From the NCBI GenBank assembly GCA_944391805.1, contig CALXUY010000065.1:3437-67436 (forward strand): 64,000 nucleotides of DNA. Reading direction: 5' to 3'. Source of the stretch: an uncultured Clostridia bacterium (GTDB lineage Bacteria; Bacillota; Clostridia; Oscillospirales; CAG-272). The notes beneath the pieces are model-generated. The model made no database searches, had not been told where the DNA came from, and worked only from the letters and a program-made list of their open reading frames with translations. The translations under genes and the position numbers were made by a program. This document shows, one piece after another, positions 8,609 through 18,524 of this stretch. Every line of letters begins with the position of its first letter. The first letter of the stretch is position 1.

Positions 8609-9748
8609 CTATTCGGTCATCACACTTTTCAGCGACAGTTTCTTTATTCTCAAAGAGAAAAGCGCCATTGCTAATTCATATACAACAACAAACGCCGCCA
8701 ATGTCATCAGTAAATTGAACCAATTGAAGTGATATTCAGGCATATTTTCAACATTTGAGAAAACGAACGTCATGATCAATTTGAGCAGTCCGTACTGATA
8801 AAGAGTGCCGATGATAAATCCGACGCAGGCGAACGGACGGTATGCGCCGAGTACCGTATTGCTGCAAGCGGTATTGTCATAACCCATCACGCGCATCATG
8901 GCAACTGTTTTTGAATTGCCTTTGACAACCTCGGAGAGCGACAGGAGCAATGACAAAAAAGCGAGTATTAACCCTATCATAAATACCATCCACGCAAATG
9001 TTTCGCTTGCCAGGTCTATCATGGATATGGACATCTGAACCATTGCCGAAAAGCTGAACGCCGCAAATGTGATAAAAAATGCGAGAACCTTTTTGCTGCG
9101 CAGAGTTGCACGTTTCAGGCTTTGTAAAAAAGATAATTTTTTTGCACTCTCTTTCCCGCTCTTTATTTTTGTTTGTTTGCGTTCGTACATGAAATCCAAT
9201 GCCGGACTCTTTAATTTCAGAAATGCATACAATACGGAGAACACGGTAAAGCTGACCGCCGGAACAATTACCAACAATAGCAACAGTGAAAAATGGAACC
9301 GCAAAGGAATATCAGGCAAAAGCCCATCCGCATTCTGCGCCGCATAAAAATTTGGGAGATAGGCATATGCCGCACAAAAACCTGCAACACAACCGACCAA
9401 TACGCTCCATCCGAATACCCAAAAATATTTGGCAACAGAGAGGTTGGAGTAACCCATTGCCTTCAATATCCCCAATTCTTTGCCGTGCGCGTCGATATAA
9501 TTTTTGATGTAAAAGACGAGCAATATCAGAGAAGTAATCCCCAGACAGCCGCCCGTAACGGCAACGGTGATTTTGCCCATAGAAATTTGCGCCTCATAAA
9601 TTGCTTTTCCGGCCGCTGATAATGTCGAGCCGTCAATTGCCGCCAAGTCAATATGATAACTGAAAAACATCGTGCAAACGAATACGGCGCAACAGGTAAC
9701 GATGGAAATGCCGAACAGTTTGGCAATGTCTTTTAAGCTGATAATCAT
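8609..9748 (-). CDS. FtsX-like ABC exporter permease
   Basis: Two FtsX-type motifs (ELGILKAMGY, VAMMRVMGY) and multiple TM helices. Confidence 0.85.
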   Translation of the reverse strand: MIISLKDIAKLFGISIVTCCAVFVCTMFFSYHIDLAAIDGSTLSAAGKAIYEAQISMGKITVAVTGGCLGITSLILLVFYIKNYIDAHGKELGILKAMGYSNLSVAKYFWVFGWSVLVGCVAGFCAAYAYLPNFYAAQNADGLLPDIPLRFHFSLLLLLVIVPAVSFTVFSVLYAFLKLKSPALDFMYERKQTKIKSGKESAKKLSFLQSLKRATLRSKKVLAFFITFAAFSFSAMVQMSISMIDLASETFAWMVFMIGLILAFLSLLLSLSEVVKGNSKTVAMMRVMGYDNTACSNTVLGAYRPFACVGFIIGTLYQYGLLKLIMTFVFSNVENMPEYHFNWFNLLMTLAAFVVVYELAMALFSLRIKKLSLKSVMTE

Positions 9749-9751
9749 ACT

Positions 9752-10444
9752 TTACCACCCGATTTCATATGCCGTCTTTTGAACGGGATTGATGAAAACT
9801 TCTGAAATCTTACCGCTGTTCATTTTTATCACGGTGTTTGCCATTTCGGCTATGTTTTGATTGTGGGTAACCATAACAATCGTAAAGCCGCTTTCGCCAT
9901 GCAACTTTGATATGTAATCAAGCACCTGTCTGCCCGTATTTTCGTCAAGCGCACCCGTTGGTTCGTCTAAAAACAGCACCTTTGGCTTTTTGGCAAGTGC
10001 GCGGGCAATGGCCGCTCTCTGTTGTTCGCCGCCCGAAAGCTCGCTCGGATATTTCTTTGCCTTGTTTTCAAGCCCGACGGCCTTTATCATTTCGCCGTAC
10101 TCTTGATTGTTTGCAAGGTCTGCGCCCATGCGAACATTCATTTCAATTGTCAGATTGGGAAGCAAATAGTATTGCTGGAAAATAAACCCTATCATGTCCT
10201 TGCGAAATTTTGTCAGCTCCGCATCCGACAGCAATGTAATATCTGTTTCGTCGTAGAGGACAGAGCCGCTGTCAACGCGTTCAAGACCGGACAATACATT
10301 GAGCAGCGTAGATTTTCCCGAACCCGACGCGCCGAGTATGGCGACAAAATCTCCATCGGATATTTTGATATCAATGCTTTTCAGCACCTCCGTGCGGTTT
10401 TCTCCTATTCCATAAGATTTTTTCAGTTTGATGGCGTTAATCAT
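9752..10444 (-). CDS. ABC transporter ATP-binding protein (LolD/MacB type)
   Basis: [29 protein letters not shown]. Confidence 0.93.
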   Translation of the reverse strand: MINAIKLKKSYGIGENRTEVLKSIDIKISDGDFVAILGASGSGKSTLLNVLSGLERVDSGSVLYDETDITLLSDAELTKFRKDMIGFIFQQYYLLPNLTIEMNVRMGADLANNQEYGEMIKAVGLENKAKKYPSELSGGEQQRAAIARALAKKPKVLFLDEPTGALDENTGRQVLDYISKLHGESGFTIVMVTHNQNIAEMANTVIKMNSGKISEVFINPVQKTAYEIGW

Positions 10445-11024
10445 CAGATACGCTCCTTTTGATTTGATTGAGGACGGCGATACGCAATTCTGTAAGCATT
10501 TTCCCTGTTTCTTCCGGCGTAAAAGTACACATATTCGTAGCGATCAGCGCGGCAATGCCGTGAGTATATACCCATAAATGGCGATAAAGTTTTTCCGCGT
10601 CGTTTTGTGTAAGATTATAGCATTCTTTTACCGATTTCAAAATGACGGGGTAGTTATCGTCAATGACAGGAAGAACATTCTCCATCGTAGGATTCTGCGT
10701 TTGTTCCGTCATGAAAAGCAATTGAAACAGTTTGGGTTCACGAACGGCAAAGTTCAGATACTGCATCCCAACGCCTTTGAACGCGGGCGTAGCCTTTAAG
10801 CCTTCTTTTACATACGATTTGTATAGCGCCTTTGCCGCCTTTACGGTTTCGGTCAGCACTTCTTCCATATTGTCAAATACGGTAAAAATGGGACAGGCAG
10901 AACTGCCAAGCCTTTTCCCCAAGGATCTCGCCGTTAATTCGGAGGGGCCGTTCTCCCTGATCATGTCTAACGCGGCATTCACTATCTGTTCTTTTGTAAA
11001 TTTCGCTCTCGGTGGCATTTTCAT
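10437..11024 (-). CDS. TetR/AcrR family regulator
   Basis: N-terminal HTH (QIVNAALDMIRENG...LTARSLGKRLG...PIFTVF) and WVYTHG C-terminal motif. Confidence 0.9.
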   Translation of the reverse strand: MKMPPRAKFTKEQIVNAALDMIRENGPSELTARSLGKRLGSSACPIFTVFDNMEEVLTETVKAAKALYKSYVKEGLKATPAFKGVGMQYLNFAVREPKLFQLLFMTEQTQNPTMENVLPVIDDNYPVILKSVKECYNLTQNDAEKLYRHLWVYTHGIAALIATNMCTFTPEETGKMLTELRIAVLNQIKRSVSDD

Positions 11025-11048
11025 TACCTCTATTTAGATTGAATGTTC

Positions 11049-11092
11049 TATAACACTTGTTATATTATAACATCATCCTTCCTGATTGTCAA
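11049..11092 (-). promoter_or_regulatory. Sigma-A promoter with palindromic TetR operator
   Basis: TTGACA (11087-92)-17 bp-TATAAT (11064-69) on the minus strand; palindrome TATAACA-CT-TGTTATA at 11049-11064. Confidence 0.8.
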
Positions 11093-11199
11093 TACTTTCA
11101 ATAAAAAATTCCTCTGCTTACAAAGGCAGAGGAAAATCAAGAGAGTCAATGAATACATATTTGTTTGAGAAATTTCCAAGCGGAGCCATATTTGCCGTC

Positions 11200-11670
11200 A
11201 TGCCGGCAGCTTCACTTCAAGCCCCTCGGTGGTGTGATGATAAACAAATCCGAGCTTTTCCTGAACACGCGGCTTTTGATGTTGCCGTCGTAATGACTGC
11301 ATCAGACAGAACGCATATGAAGCTCTTCAAAAGCGTGACGAAGCAACTCGTGAGAGGCTTCGGGAATCAATCCCTGTCCCCAGAACGGCTTGCCGATCCA
11401 AAAACCGAGTGCGCACTCGTCGTCCCGATCGGTCATGTCCGTGTTGCCATTCAAATGAAACGCGACACTTCCAATCGGAGCTCCGTCCTTCAGACAACCC
11501 GCGTAAATTTCGGGCTTTGAAAGAACATTTTTGATAATATCGCGACTATTCTCCACACTTGTGTGCGGTGTGCAGCCTGCAGGCGGTCCGACATCCGGAT
11601 CGCCTGCATATCTGTACAGGTTTTCCGCATCAACCACTCGCCACGGGCGAAGAAGCGTCCGTTGTTCACT
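11200..11670 (-). pseudogene. GNAT (RimJ/RimL-type) acetyltransferase pseudogene
   Basis: LLRPWR..DAENLY, LGFWIGKPFWGQGL; in-frame TGA at 11302-04 where Trp is expected; a frameshift before RVQEKLGF; no intact start. Ends approximate. Confidence 0.75.
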
Positions 11671-11753
11671 TTTTCATCCGGATCGCCGCCGAAGATGCGG
11701 AGCATAATTGCGGGTGTTGGTGCTGCCCATGCCGATGAACACTTCGTCATTTT

Positions 11754-14700
11754 TTAGTCCTTTTTAAAATACAGATCCGGTAAGAGCACTGCCGTTTCTT
11801 CCGTATCATCCTCACTCTTCCATGCAACAACAAATCTTACCTCCCCGCCGCATGGGCGATACCCTTTTGCAGACAGCTTATCGAGTTCCGCCATTCGTGA
11901 CTTTGAAAATTTTGCTACTCTTACTGTGCGCCCTTCCGGCTCTGCATACAAAAATCCGTCCTTCACAGACAGCTGCATGCCGCTGTGCAACCGGAAGATC
12001 AGTTCCTTTTTATCCTTGAAAAAGTCAAGAACAACATCCTTATGCGTCAACTGAAGGGTGATTTCTTTCGGTTCCGGATACTGCGTTTCGTCAATCAACC
12101 GTTCAACATCGGTGATCTGATACCCGTCAAATATGCCGTTATTGCAGTGAATATACAGATGATCCTTTGCTCTTGTCATACCGACATAGAGTCTCCGTCG
12201 ATCCGCATCGCTGCGCAGAACTGTATGATTGAGAAGAAGCCACACACTTTCAAATTCTCTGCCTTTGGATTTATGGATCGTCGAAACAAAGAGCGTTTCG
12301 CGGTCATCGGTATAAAAATCCTCTAACTGTGATTCCTTGATAAATTCTTCAAGATCGGTCCTGTACTTGCTGTACGGATTGATCTTCTCAAAATCCGAAA
12401 TCATATTCATGACGTTCTCAAGGCAGGCGCTGTCAGAATAAACACGTGCAAGCTCTGTCTTTACCTGCTTCCACAGGTCGTTCCCGATGACGGGCGTTTT
12501 CAGATTTTTATCGATGATACGCAGGAAATAGCGCACCTCCGCAAGGTTATAAAGGCGGAAGCCGTCAAGAGACTGTATGAGCTTTGCGCGAACGCCGTTT
12601 TTCACCAGCAATCCGACCACGCGCAGGGCTTCTTCATTTGTTCCCGTGAGCACACAGGCTTTTCCGCCGTGATCGCTTTCTATGATCTGACGGACGATTG
12701 CCTCCTCCATATTGTCGGACGTATGCCGCACGATCTGCACGGTTCCGTTTTCAGACTGTACCGCTTCGATCGGATGCTGTTTCATGCGTTTTCCGATACT
12801 TTGGGCAAACCGGTTGGCAAGTGCGACGATATTCGCTTTGCTGCGGTAATTTTCAACCAGCTCATAGCGCACGGCACCGTATTCTTCGATCAGACTTTGC
12901 ATATAAGCGGAATCCGAACCGCGAAATTCATAGATGTTTTGATCGTCATCGCCTACGGCAATCACACGCATATCGTCATTATTTTGCATCAGCGCGCGGA
13001 TCAAAGCGAACTCATTGGCGTCCATATCCTGCGCCTCGTCAATAACGAGAACGCTCTTTGTGATTTTTCCTTGTTCCACCTCGCCGTTTGCAATCATCTG
13101 AGCAGCGTCGTGAACCACATTTTCCACACCGTCAAGACTTCCGATCTTACCGAGAAGATCAAAGCAATAGGAATGGAAGGTCTTGATCTCCACAAAGTTT
13201 GCCGCATTCCCGATCAAGGTCATCAGCCGTTTTTTGAATTCAGTCGCTGCGGAACGGGAAAATGTCACCATCAAAAGCTGCTCATGCTTGACATCCTCCA
13301 GAAGGAGCAGGGAGGCCAGCTTATGCACAAGCACTCTTGTCTTTCCGCTTCCGGGACCTGCCGCCACTACGATATATCGGGAGTCCGCGTCATTGATAAT
13401 CTGTGACTGCATGTCGGAAAGTTCACCAAACAACTGACGGTACTTTTCCGGCGTAATGTTCCGATCGATTTCCCTGGCACGTTCCCCCTTGAAATATTTT
13501 GCGATAAAACGCTTAAAGTCCATCTCAAAATAATCATGTACAAACTGCAAAGCGGCGTTATAGTCCTTTACCATCAGATTCGCATACTCACCGACTATAT
13601 GAATCTGTTGAATTTTTTGCTTGTAATATTCGCTCAGTGAACAATAGTCCTCCGCCTTATATCGGATTTTGTTGTCAAGAATCATACGCTTGACCTCCAT
13701 ACCGTTATAAAGGACCAAAAAGCCACCCTCCAGCCTCATGGAACCGATCTTTGATAAATACAGCAGGGCGTCCTCTACATCGGAAAGGCTTGTTTCCCCC
13801 ATGCAAAAATCCATCTTGGGTGTTTCCGTGTATTTGCGATAAACATCAACAAGCGAAAACTGCACCGACGCCTCCGCTTTCCCGCTTTCCGAGGGTTGTG
13901 CGATATCATAAAAATACGAAACAAGAAAACGGCAAATATCAATTCTGCGGTAAAATTTATCCAATAGCTTGGGGATTTCCATCGTGGGAGCAGCCAATGC
14001 ATGTTGGTTTGGTTCGGATGTATCATCTTCCGGATCCGGCTCTTTGCTTCCTTTTGAAATGTATCCCTTTATTGTCAGATAGTAAAGCAGTGTACGGATA
14101 TTTTTAACCGAGGAGCCTGTGATTCCCGCGTCAAGTGCCGCTTCATTGATTTCCTTCAGAGAAAAATCCGAGCCCTGCTCGGTTATGCGGTTCAGAAGAA
14201 ACTCCTCCAGCTTCGCAAACCGGTTCAGAATCTGTGCGGAACGGTTTTCGGTATCCGATTTCAAAATGTATGCGGACATATCCATGCTGTCGGCAAGAAG
14301 TCCTTCCTGCCGCATCAGATTGACAGACTCAATCACATCCTCTTTTGGAATTCCCAGCATATCCGCAAGATAATCCACCCGCGATTCCGCATCGTCATTT
14401 CCGGCAGTTGCAATGCTTCTGCTGGATATGAGAGATTTGATAATCCTCTTGGCATTTTCTTTCTGCTTCCCATAAAAAGCCGAAGAACGCTCGATTTTGA
14501 ACGATGCCTCCGCCATATCCTTTGCAAGGATGCTGGTGGCATACACATGTGGGACATTCCTTCCGCGTTTCACGTAGCCGGCATTTTCAAGCGCCGCAAC
14601 TGCTGTTTTGACGCGTGTTTCAATTTCTTTTACAGAGTCGTCCCAGCCGGCCTGTCTTGCGATCTCCAGCGCGGAGCAGCAAACCCAAGGCTTCTCACGC

Positions 14701-16580
14701 GTCATGTCCTTGAGCGCCTTCCAGACCTGCTGAATTTCACTGATACTGAGCTTTGTCTGATTGAGCAGCATGAAATGCTTGTCGAGGTCATTGTCATTAA
14801 ACAAAACATAGCATTCCGCAAGCAAACTCGGATCCCGTCCGGCACGTCCTGCCTCCTGCACATAGTTTTCAAGCGAATCGGAAATATCATAGTGAACAAC
14901 CAGCCTGACGTCTTTTTTATCAACACCCATACCGAACGCAGAGGTGGCGACAATGATTTTTATTTGATTGTTTATGAACGCTTCCTGATTTGCTACCTTT
15001 TCATTCGGATCCATTTTCCCGTTGAATGGCTTTGCGGGGAAGCCGTCGCTCGTCAGCTTTTCCGCGAGCCGAATCGTTCGCCCTGTGCGAGAAACGTATA
15101 CGATGGTCGGGCAATTCTTTTGCTCGATCAGAGAACGAAGCGCATTATATTTTTCCTCATCCGTTTCCTTGAAGAGAACCGTATAATGCAGGTTTTCGCG
15201 ATCCGCCGTCGATGTGAAAAGCTCAAGCGGCAGATCCAGCTTCGCGCGGAAATAATCGCAGATGTCCGTAATCACCTTCTGCTTTGCCGTGGCGGTAAAG
15301 CATGACACAGGTATGGGATTTTTCAGCCGTTTCTTTTTCTGGTATTCACGGATAAAATCCCCGATATAAAGATAGTCCACGCGGAAATCCTGTCCCCATG
15401 CCGAAAAGCAGTGCGCCTCGTCGATGACAAAACGAACCACGTTGCGGGAGAGGAGCAGTTTTTCAATTGTCCTGGAGCGCAGCTGCTCCGGTGATATGTA
15501 TAAAAGTGTGGCAAGACCGCTGGCAACACGGTTAAAAGACTCTGCGCGTTCAATCGGGCTGAGAAGGCCGTTTACGGTAACCGCATCGATCAGTCCCTTT
15601 TCGTTCAGGTTATCCACCTGGTCTTTCATTAATGACTGAAGCGGAGAGATCACGACCGTAAGCCCGTGCGCACATTCTCCGGCCATGAGAGCCGGGAGCT
15701 GAAATGTAATGGACTTTCCTCCTCCGGTTGGAAAAACGGCAAGCAAGGATTTTCCGTCAACCGCGGCCTGCGCCGCCCTTTCCTGCAAGGGCTCTCCTGC
15801 ATATGTGCGGAATTTATCATATCCAAAGAACTGTTTGAGCTTCTTATGAATATTCAGCCTGTCATGGCAATACGCGCACCCCTCTTTGCACGGAGTATGG
15901 CAAAGATATTTTACCACATTATCAATTTTCGGATAGTTTTTCGTCAGCCAAGGCGGAGTAACCGAGTGATAATCGGCTGCACTGATCAGAGCAAGCGCAT
16001 AGGCAAGCTCTACCGGGTAATGCTGAATCATCAGCTCCACATCGGCATGAGCACAGATTTTTCCGTCATACGCTTCCCGAATCAATCTGGGAACATTGGA
16101 TCTGTAAGGCACAAATCCAACATAATCAAAAAATCCCTTAAACTCCGGCTGACGGTACAATAGGCAGCAATACACCTGTTTCATTTCCGATGAAAGCCTT
16201 AGGAAGGCGTTCACCTCGTCTGCGAACAGATGCATTGCCTTTTCAGCATCGTTGAGAGGGTTATTAAGTTGATCGGTTTGCAGCTTATCATCTTTGAGAA
16301 GCCGATGATAGGGGCGGCATGGAAACAGGAGCGGAGACAGATAGAGCGTATCAATCGGCTCGGCCCGAAGCGGTTTTTCAAAGCGCGGAGTCAGATATAC
16401 AAGGTCATGATGAACGATGTTGTGTCCGCAGACAAAATCCGCATCGGATATAAAGGCATAGAAATTCCGTACAGACGGCGCGTGAAAAGAAGAACGATCA
16501 CTCTTTATCGCTCCTAAATCTTTGATTTTCTGATCCTCAATTCCGATTTCGCTATCGATATAAACGATGGATTTTGTCAT
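11754..16580 (-). CDS. Exonuclease-like + RecQ (SF2) + UvrD (SF1) fused helicase, 1608 aa
   Basis: N-terminal IDSE/GHNIVHHD/DTLYLS/NDA (DEDD-like). RecQ motifs PTGGGKS, DEAHC, AFGMGVDK, QEAGRAGRD. UvrD motifs AGPGSGKT, DEAQD, VGDDDQNIY, ENYRS, TIHKSKGREF, YVGMTRAK. Confidence 0.9.
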   Translation of the reverse strand: MTKSIVYIDSEIGIEDQKIKDLGAIKSDRSSFHAPSVRNFYAFISDADFVCGHNIVHHDLVYLTPRFEKPLRAEPIDTLYLSPLLFPCRPYHRLLKDDKLQTDQLNNPLNDAEKAMHLFADEVNAFLRLSSEMKQVYCCLLYRQPEFKGFFDYVGFVPYRSNVPRLIREAYDGKICAHADVELMIQHYPVELAYALALISAADYHSVTPPWLTKNYPKIDNVVKYLCHTPCKEGCAYCHDRLNIHKKLKQFFGYDKFRTYAGEPLQERAAQAAVDGKSLLAVFPTGGGKSITFQLPALMAGECAHGLTVVISPLQSLMKDQVDNLNEKGLIDAVTVNGLLSPIERAESFNRVASGLATLLYISPEQLRSRTIEKLLLSRNVVRFVIDEAHCFSAWGQDFRVDYLYIGDFIREYQKKKRLKNPIPVSCFTATAKQKVITDICDYFRAKLDLPLELFTSTADRENLHYTVLFKETDEEKYNALRSLIEQKNCPTIVYVSRTGRTIRLAEKLTSDGFPAKPFNGKMDPNEKVANQEAFINNQIKIIVATSAFGMGVDKKDVRLVVHYDISDSLENYVQEAGRAGRDPSLLAECYVLFNDNDLDKHFMLLNQTKLSISEIQQVWKALKDMTREKPWVCCSALEIARQAGWDDSVKEIETRVKTAVAALENAGYVKRGRNVPHVYATSILAKDMAEASFKIERSSAFYGKQKENAKRIIKSLISSRSIATAGNDDAESRVDYLADMLGIPKEDVIESVNLMRQEGLLADSMDMSAYILKSDTENRSAQILNRFAKLEEFLLNRITEQGSDFSLKEINEAALDAGITGSSVKNIRTLLYYLTIKGYISKGSKEPDPEDDTSEPNQHALAAPTMEIPKLLDKFYRRIDICRFLVSYFYDIAQPSESGKAEASVQFSLVDVYRKYTETPKMDFCMGETSLSDVEDALLYLSKIGSMRLEGGFLVLYNGMEVKRMILDNKIRYKAEDYCSLSEYYKQKIQQIHIVGEYANLMVKDYNAALQFVHDYFEMDFKRFIAKYFKGERAREIDRNITPEKYRQLFGELSDMQSQIINDADSRYIVVAAGPGSGKTRVLVHKLASLLLLEDVKHEQLLMVTFSRSAATEFKKRLMTLIGNAANFVEIKTFHSYCFDLLGKIGSLDGVENVVHDAAQMIANGEVEQGKITKSVLVIDEAQDMDANEFALIRALMQNNDDMRVIAVGDDDQNIYEFRGSDSAYMQSLIEEYGAVRYELVENYRSKANIVALANRFAQSIGKRMKQHPIEAVQSENGTVQIVRHTSDNMEEAIVRQIIESDHGGKACVLTGTNEEALRVVGLLVKNGVRAKLIQSLDGFRLYNLAEVRYFLRIIDKNLKTPVIGNDLWKQVKTELARVYSDSACLENVMNMISDFEKINPYSKYRTDLEEFIKESQLEDFYTDDRETLFVSTIHKSKGREFESVWLLLNHTVLRSDADRRRLYVGMTRAKDHLYIHCNNGIFDGYQITDVERLIDETQYPEPKEITLQLTHKDVVLDFFKDKKELIFRLHSGMQLSVKDGFLYAEPEGRTVRVAKFSKSRMAELDKLSAKGYRPCGGEVRFVVAWKSEDDTEETAVLLPDLYFKKD

Positions 16581-16646
16581 GGTGTCTGGTATAATTCAAT
16601 CAACCCCCAGCAAGTGATTCAATTACACAAAAACCTTTCATAAAAT

Positions 16647-16878
16647 TTAAGGCAACACCGCACAATTCTGACTGCGCGCCGCCTGCGGCTCTCTGCACGT
16701 CAGATTTTTCGGGGCAAACCAATTCTGAAAGAATTTTTTGACAGCAGGCAATCGTGGATCTGATTGCAACAAGCTACGCTGTAGGAGATTTGTGCATGCC
16801 CCCAGCCTGTCGGCGAAAAGATGCAAAAAGCTGTGCGGTCAATTGGTTTGATCCGCGAATTGCGCGGTGCTGCCTTAA
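16647..16878. mobile_element. MITE copy 2
   Basis: TTAAGGCAACACCGCACAATTC ... GAATTGCGCGGTGCTGCCTTAA; inverted relative to copy 1. Confidence 0.85.
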
Positions 16879-17037
16879 GAATGTGATATAATAGAATTGC
16901 TTTTACCGCATCGGAGGACAGGGCAACGCTGGGGAGCGACCTGAGCGCCGATACGGGTTTGGCGAAGGGGGATAAACCCCGAATACGGGTAAGGCACATC
17001 GCCCTCCTTACCCAATCAGCAAGAATTGCTCCCAGAT

Positions 17038-17066
17038 ATTATACCATATTCTGCACAAAAATGCAA
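17038..17066 (-). promoter_or_regulatory. Leftward sigma-A promoter (toward the helicase gene)
   Basis: TTGCAT-17 bp-TATAAT with TG extension on the minus strand. Confidence 0.6.
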
Positions 17067-17198
17067 CTGTCCGAACAGAAAACGGAAATTATCCGGATAT
17101 GGATGCGTATGATCAGCCGGAATTTGGTCTGAAAGGGGAACCGCGCTGGGGACAAGCAGGGAAGGCGGCAGTCGGAGGCAAAAAATTGTGGATACCGC

Positions 17199-17227
17199 TT
17201 GACGAAGCCGGGGATTCATGATATAAT
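17199..17227 (+). promoter_or_regulatory. Sigma-A promoter of tyrS
   Basis: TTGACG-17 bp-TATAAT with TG extension. Confidence 0.75.
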
Positions 17228-17271
17228 ATAGGAAAAATCAGAATGTGCAAAAGAAAGGATTTCCTTCACCG

Positions 17272-18495
17272 ATGACTCTTTATGAAGATTTGAAATGGAG
17301 AGGCCTGATTCAGGATATTTCCAGTCCGGATCTGATCGATAAGCTCAATGCCGGAGGCATGACCTTTTATATCGGCACCGACCCGACGGCCGATAGCCTG
17401 CACCTCGGGCACTATTCCTCCTTCCTCATTACCCGCCGCCTGGCGGCCGCGGGGCACACGCCGCTGCTGCTGGTGGGAATGGCGACCGGGCTGATCGGCG
17501 ACCCGCGCGGAACCGTGGAGCGCAAGCTCTCGAACCGGGAGGACGTGATGCACAACTTCGAGTGCCTGAAAAACCAGCTTCAAAAAATCTTCCCCTATGA
17601 GGTGGTGAACAACTACGATTGGGTGAAGGATCTGACGATTATCGAGTTTTTCCGGGACTACGGAAAGTATATCAACGTTGGCTATATGCTCAGCAAGGAC
17701 CTGATCCGCCGCCAGATGGAGACCGGCATTTCCTACGCCGAGTTTTCGTATATGCTGATTCAGGGGCTGGATTTCAAATACCTGCATGAGCACCGCGGGG
17801 TGGATCTGCAGGTGGCCGGCTCCGACCAGTGGGGCAATATGACCACCGGCATCGAGCTGATCCGCAAAACCACCGGCGATGAGGTGTATGCCATGACCAT
17901 GCCGCTGGTGACCGATTCGCACGGCAACAAGTTCGGCAAGAGCGAGGGGAATGCGGTCTGGCTGGATCGCAACAAAACCAGCCCTTACGAGATGTACCAG
18001 TTCCTGATCAACTCCGAGGACAGCAAGGTGATTGACTATCTCAAGCGGCTGACCTTCCTTTCCCGCGAGGAAATCGAGGAGATTGAGCGGCAGCATCTGG
18101 ATGCCCCCGAAAAACGCTTGGCGCAAAAGGCGCTGGCGCATGAGATTCTGCGCGACCTGCATGGCGAGAGCGCGTATGAGGAGGCGGTCCGCATCAGCGA
18201 GCAGTTGTTTGCCGGCAACATCAGGGAAATTCCGGTGCGTGATCTGCTTGCGGGGCTGAAGAATGTGCCGCACTTTACCACTTCTGGCGGCCCGCTGGCC
18301 GATGTGCTGGTGCAGGCCGGAGTTTGCGCATCCAAGAGAGAGGCAAGGGAATTTCTTTCCAACGGCGCGCTGACGCTCAACGGAGAAGCGGTTACCGACC
18401 CTGCTACGGAGATCACCTCCGATTCCTGCATCGCGGGCAAATATCTGGTGGTGCGCCGCGGAAAGAAGAAGTATTACGTCGGCGAGATCGCCTGA
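17272..18495 (+). CDS. tyrS: Tyrosine--tRNA ligase
   Basis: GTDPTADSLHLGH, GSDQWGN, KFGKS and a C-terminal S4-like domain (VVRRGKKKY). Confidence 0.97.
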   Translation: MTLYEDLKWRGLIQDISSPDLIDKLNAGGMTFYIGTDPTADSLHLGHYSSFLITRRLAAAGHTPLLLVGMATGLIGDPRGTVERKLSNREDVMHNFECLKNQLQKIFPYEVVNNYDWVKDLTIIEFFRDYGKYINVGYMLSKDLIRRQMETGISYAEFSYMLIQGLDFKYLHEHRGVDLQVAGSDQWGNMTTGIELIRKTTGDEVYAMTMPLVTDSHGNKFGKSEGNAVWLDRNKTSPYEMYQFLINSEDSKVIDYLKRLTFLSREEIEEIERQHLDAPEKRLAQKALAHEILRDLHGESAYEEAVRISEQLFAGNIREIPVRDLLAGLKNVPHFTTSGGPLADVLVQAGVCASKREAREFLSNGALTLNGEAVTDPATEITSDSCIAGKYLVVRRGKKKYYVGEIA

Positions 18496-18524
18496 TGGGG
18501 GAAGAAAAGATCTCGAAAAAAGGA

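Noticed and set aside
16919-16945. GGGGAGCGACC resembling part of a ZTP riboswitch
   Set aside because: The other ZTP elements (GACUGGCG, CGCCUGGG pseudoknot) are absent and no purine/folate gene follows.
17125-17180. AAAGGGGAACCGCG resembling a T-box upstream of tyrS
   Set aside because: Lacks the TGGN core, specifier stem and terminator, and lies upstream of the apparent tyrS promoter.
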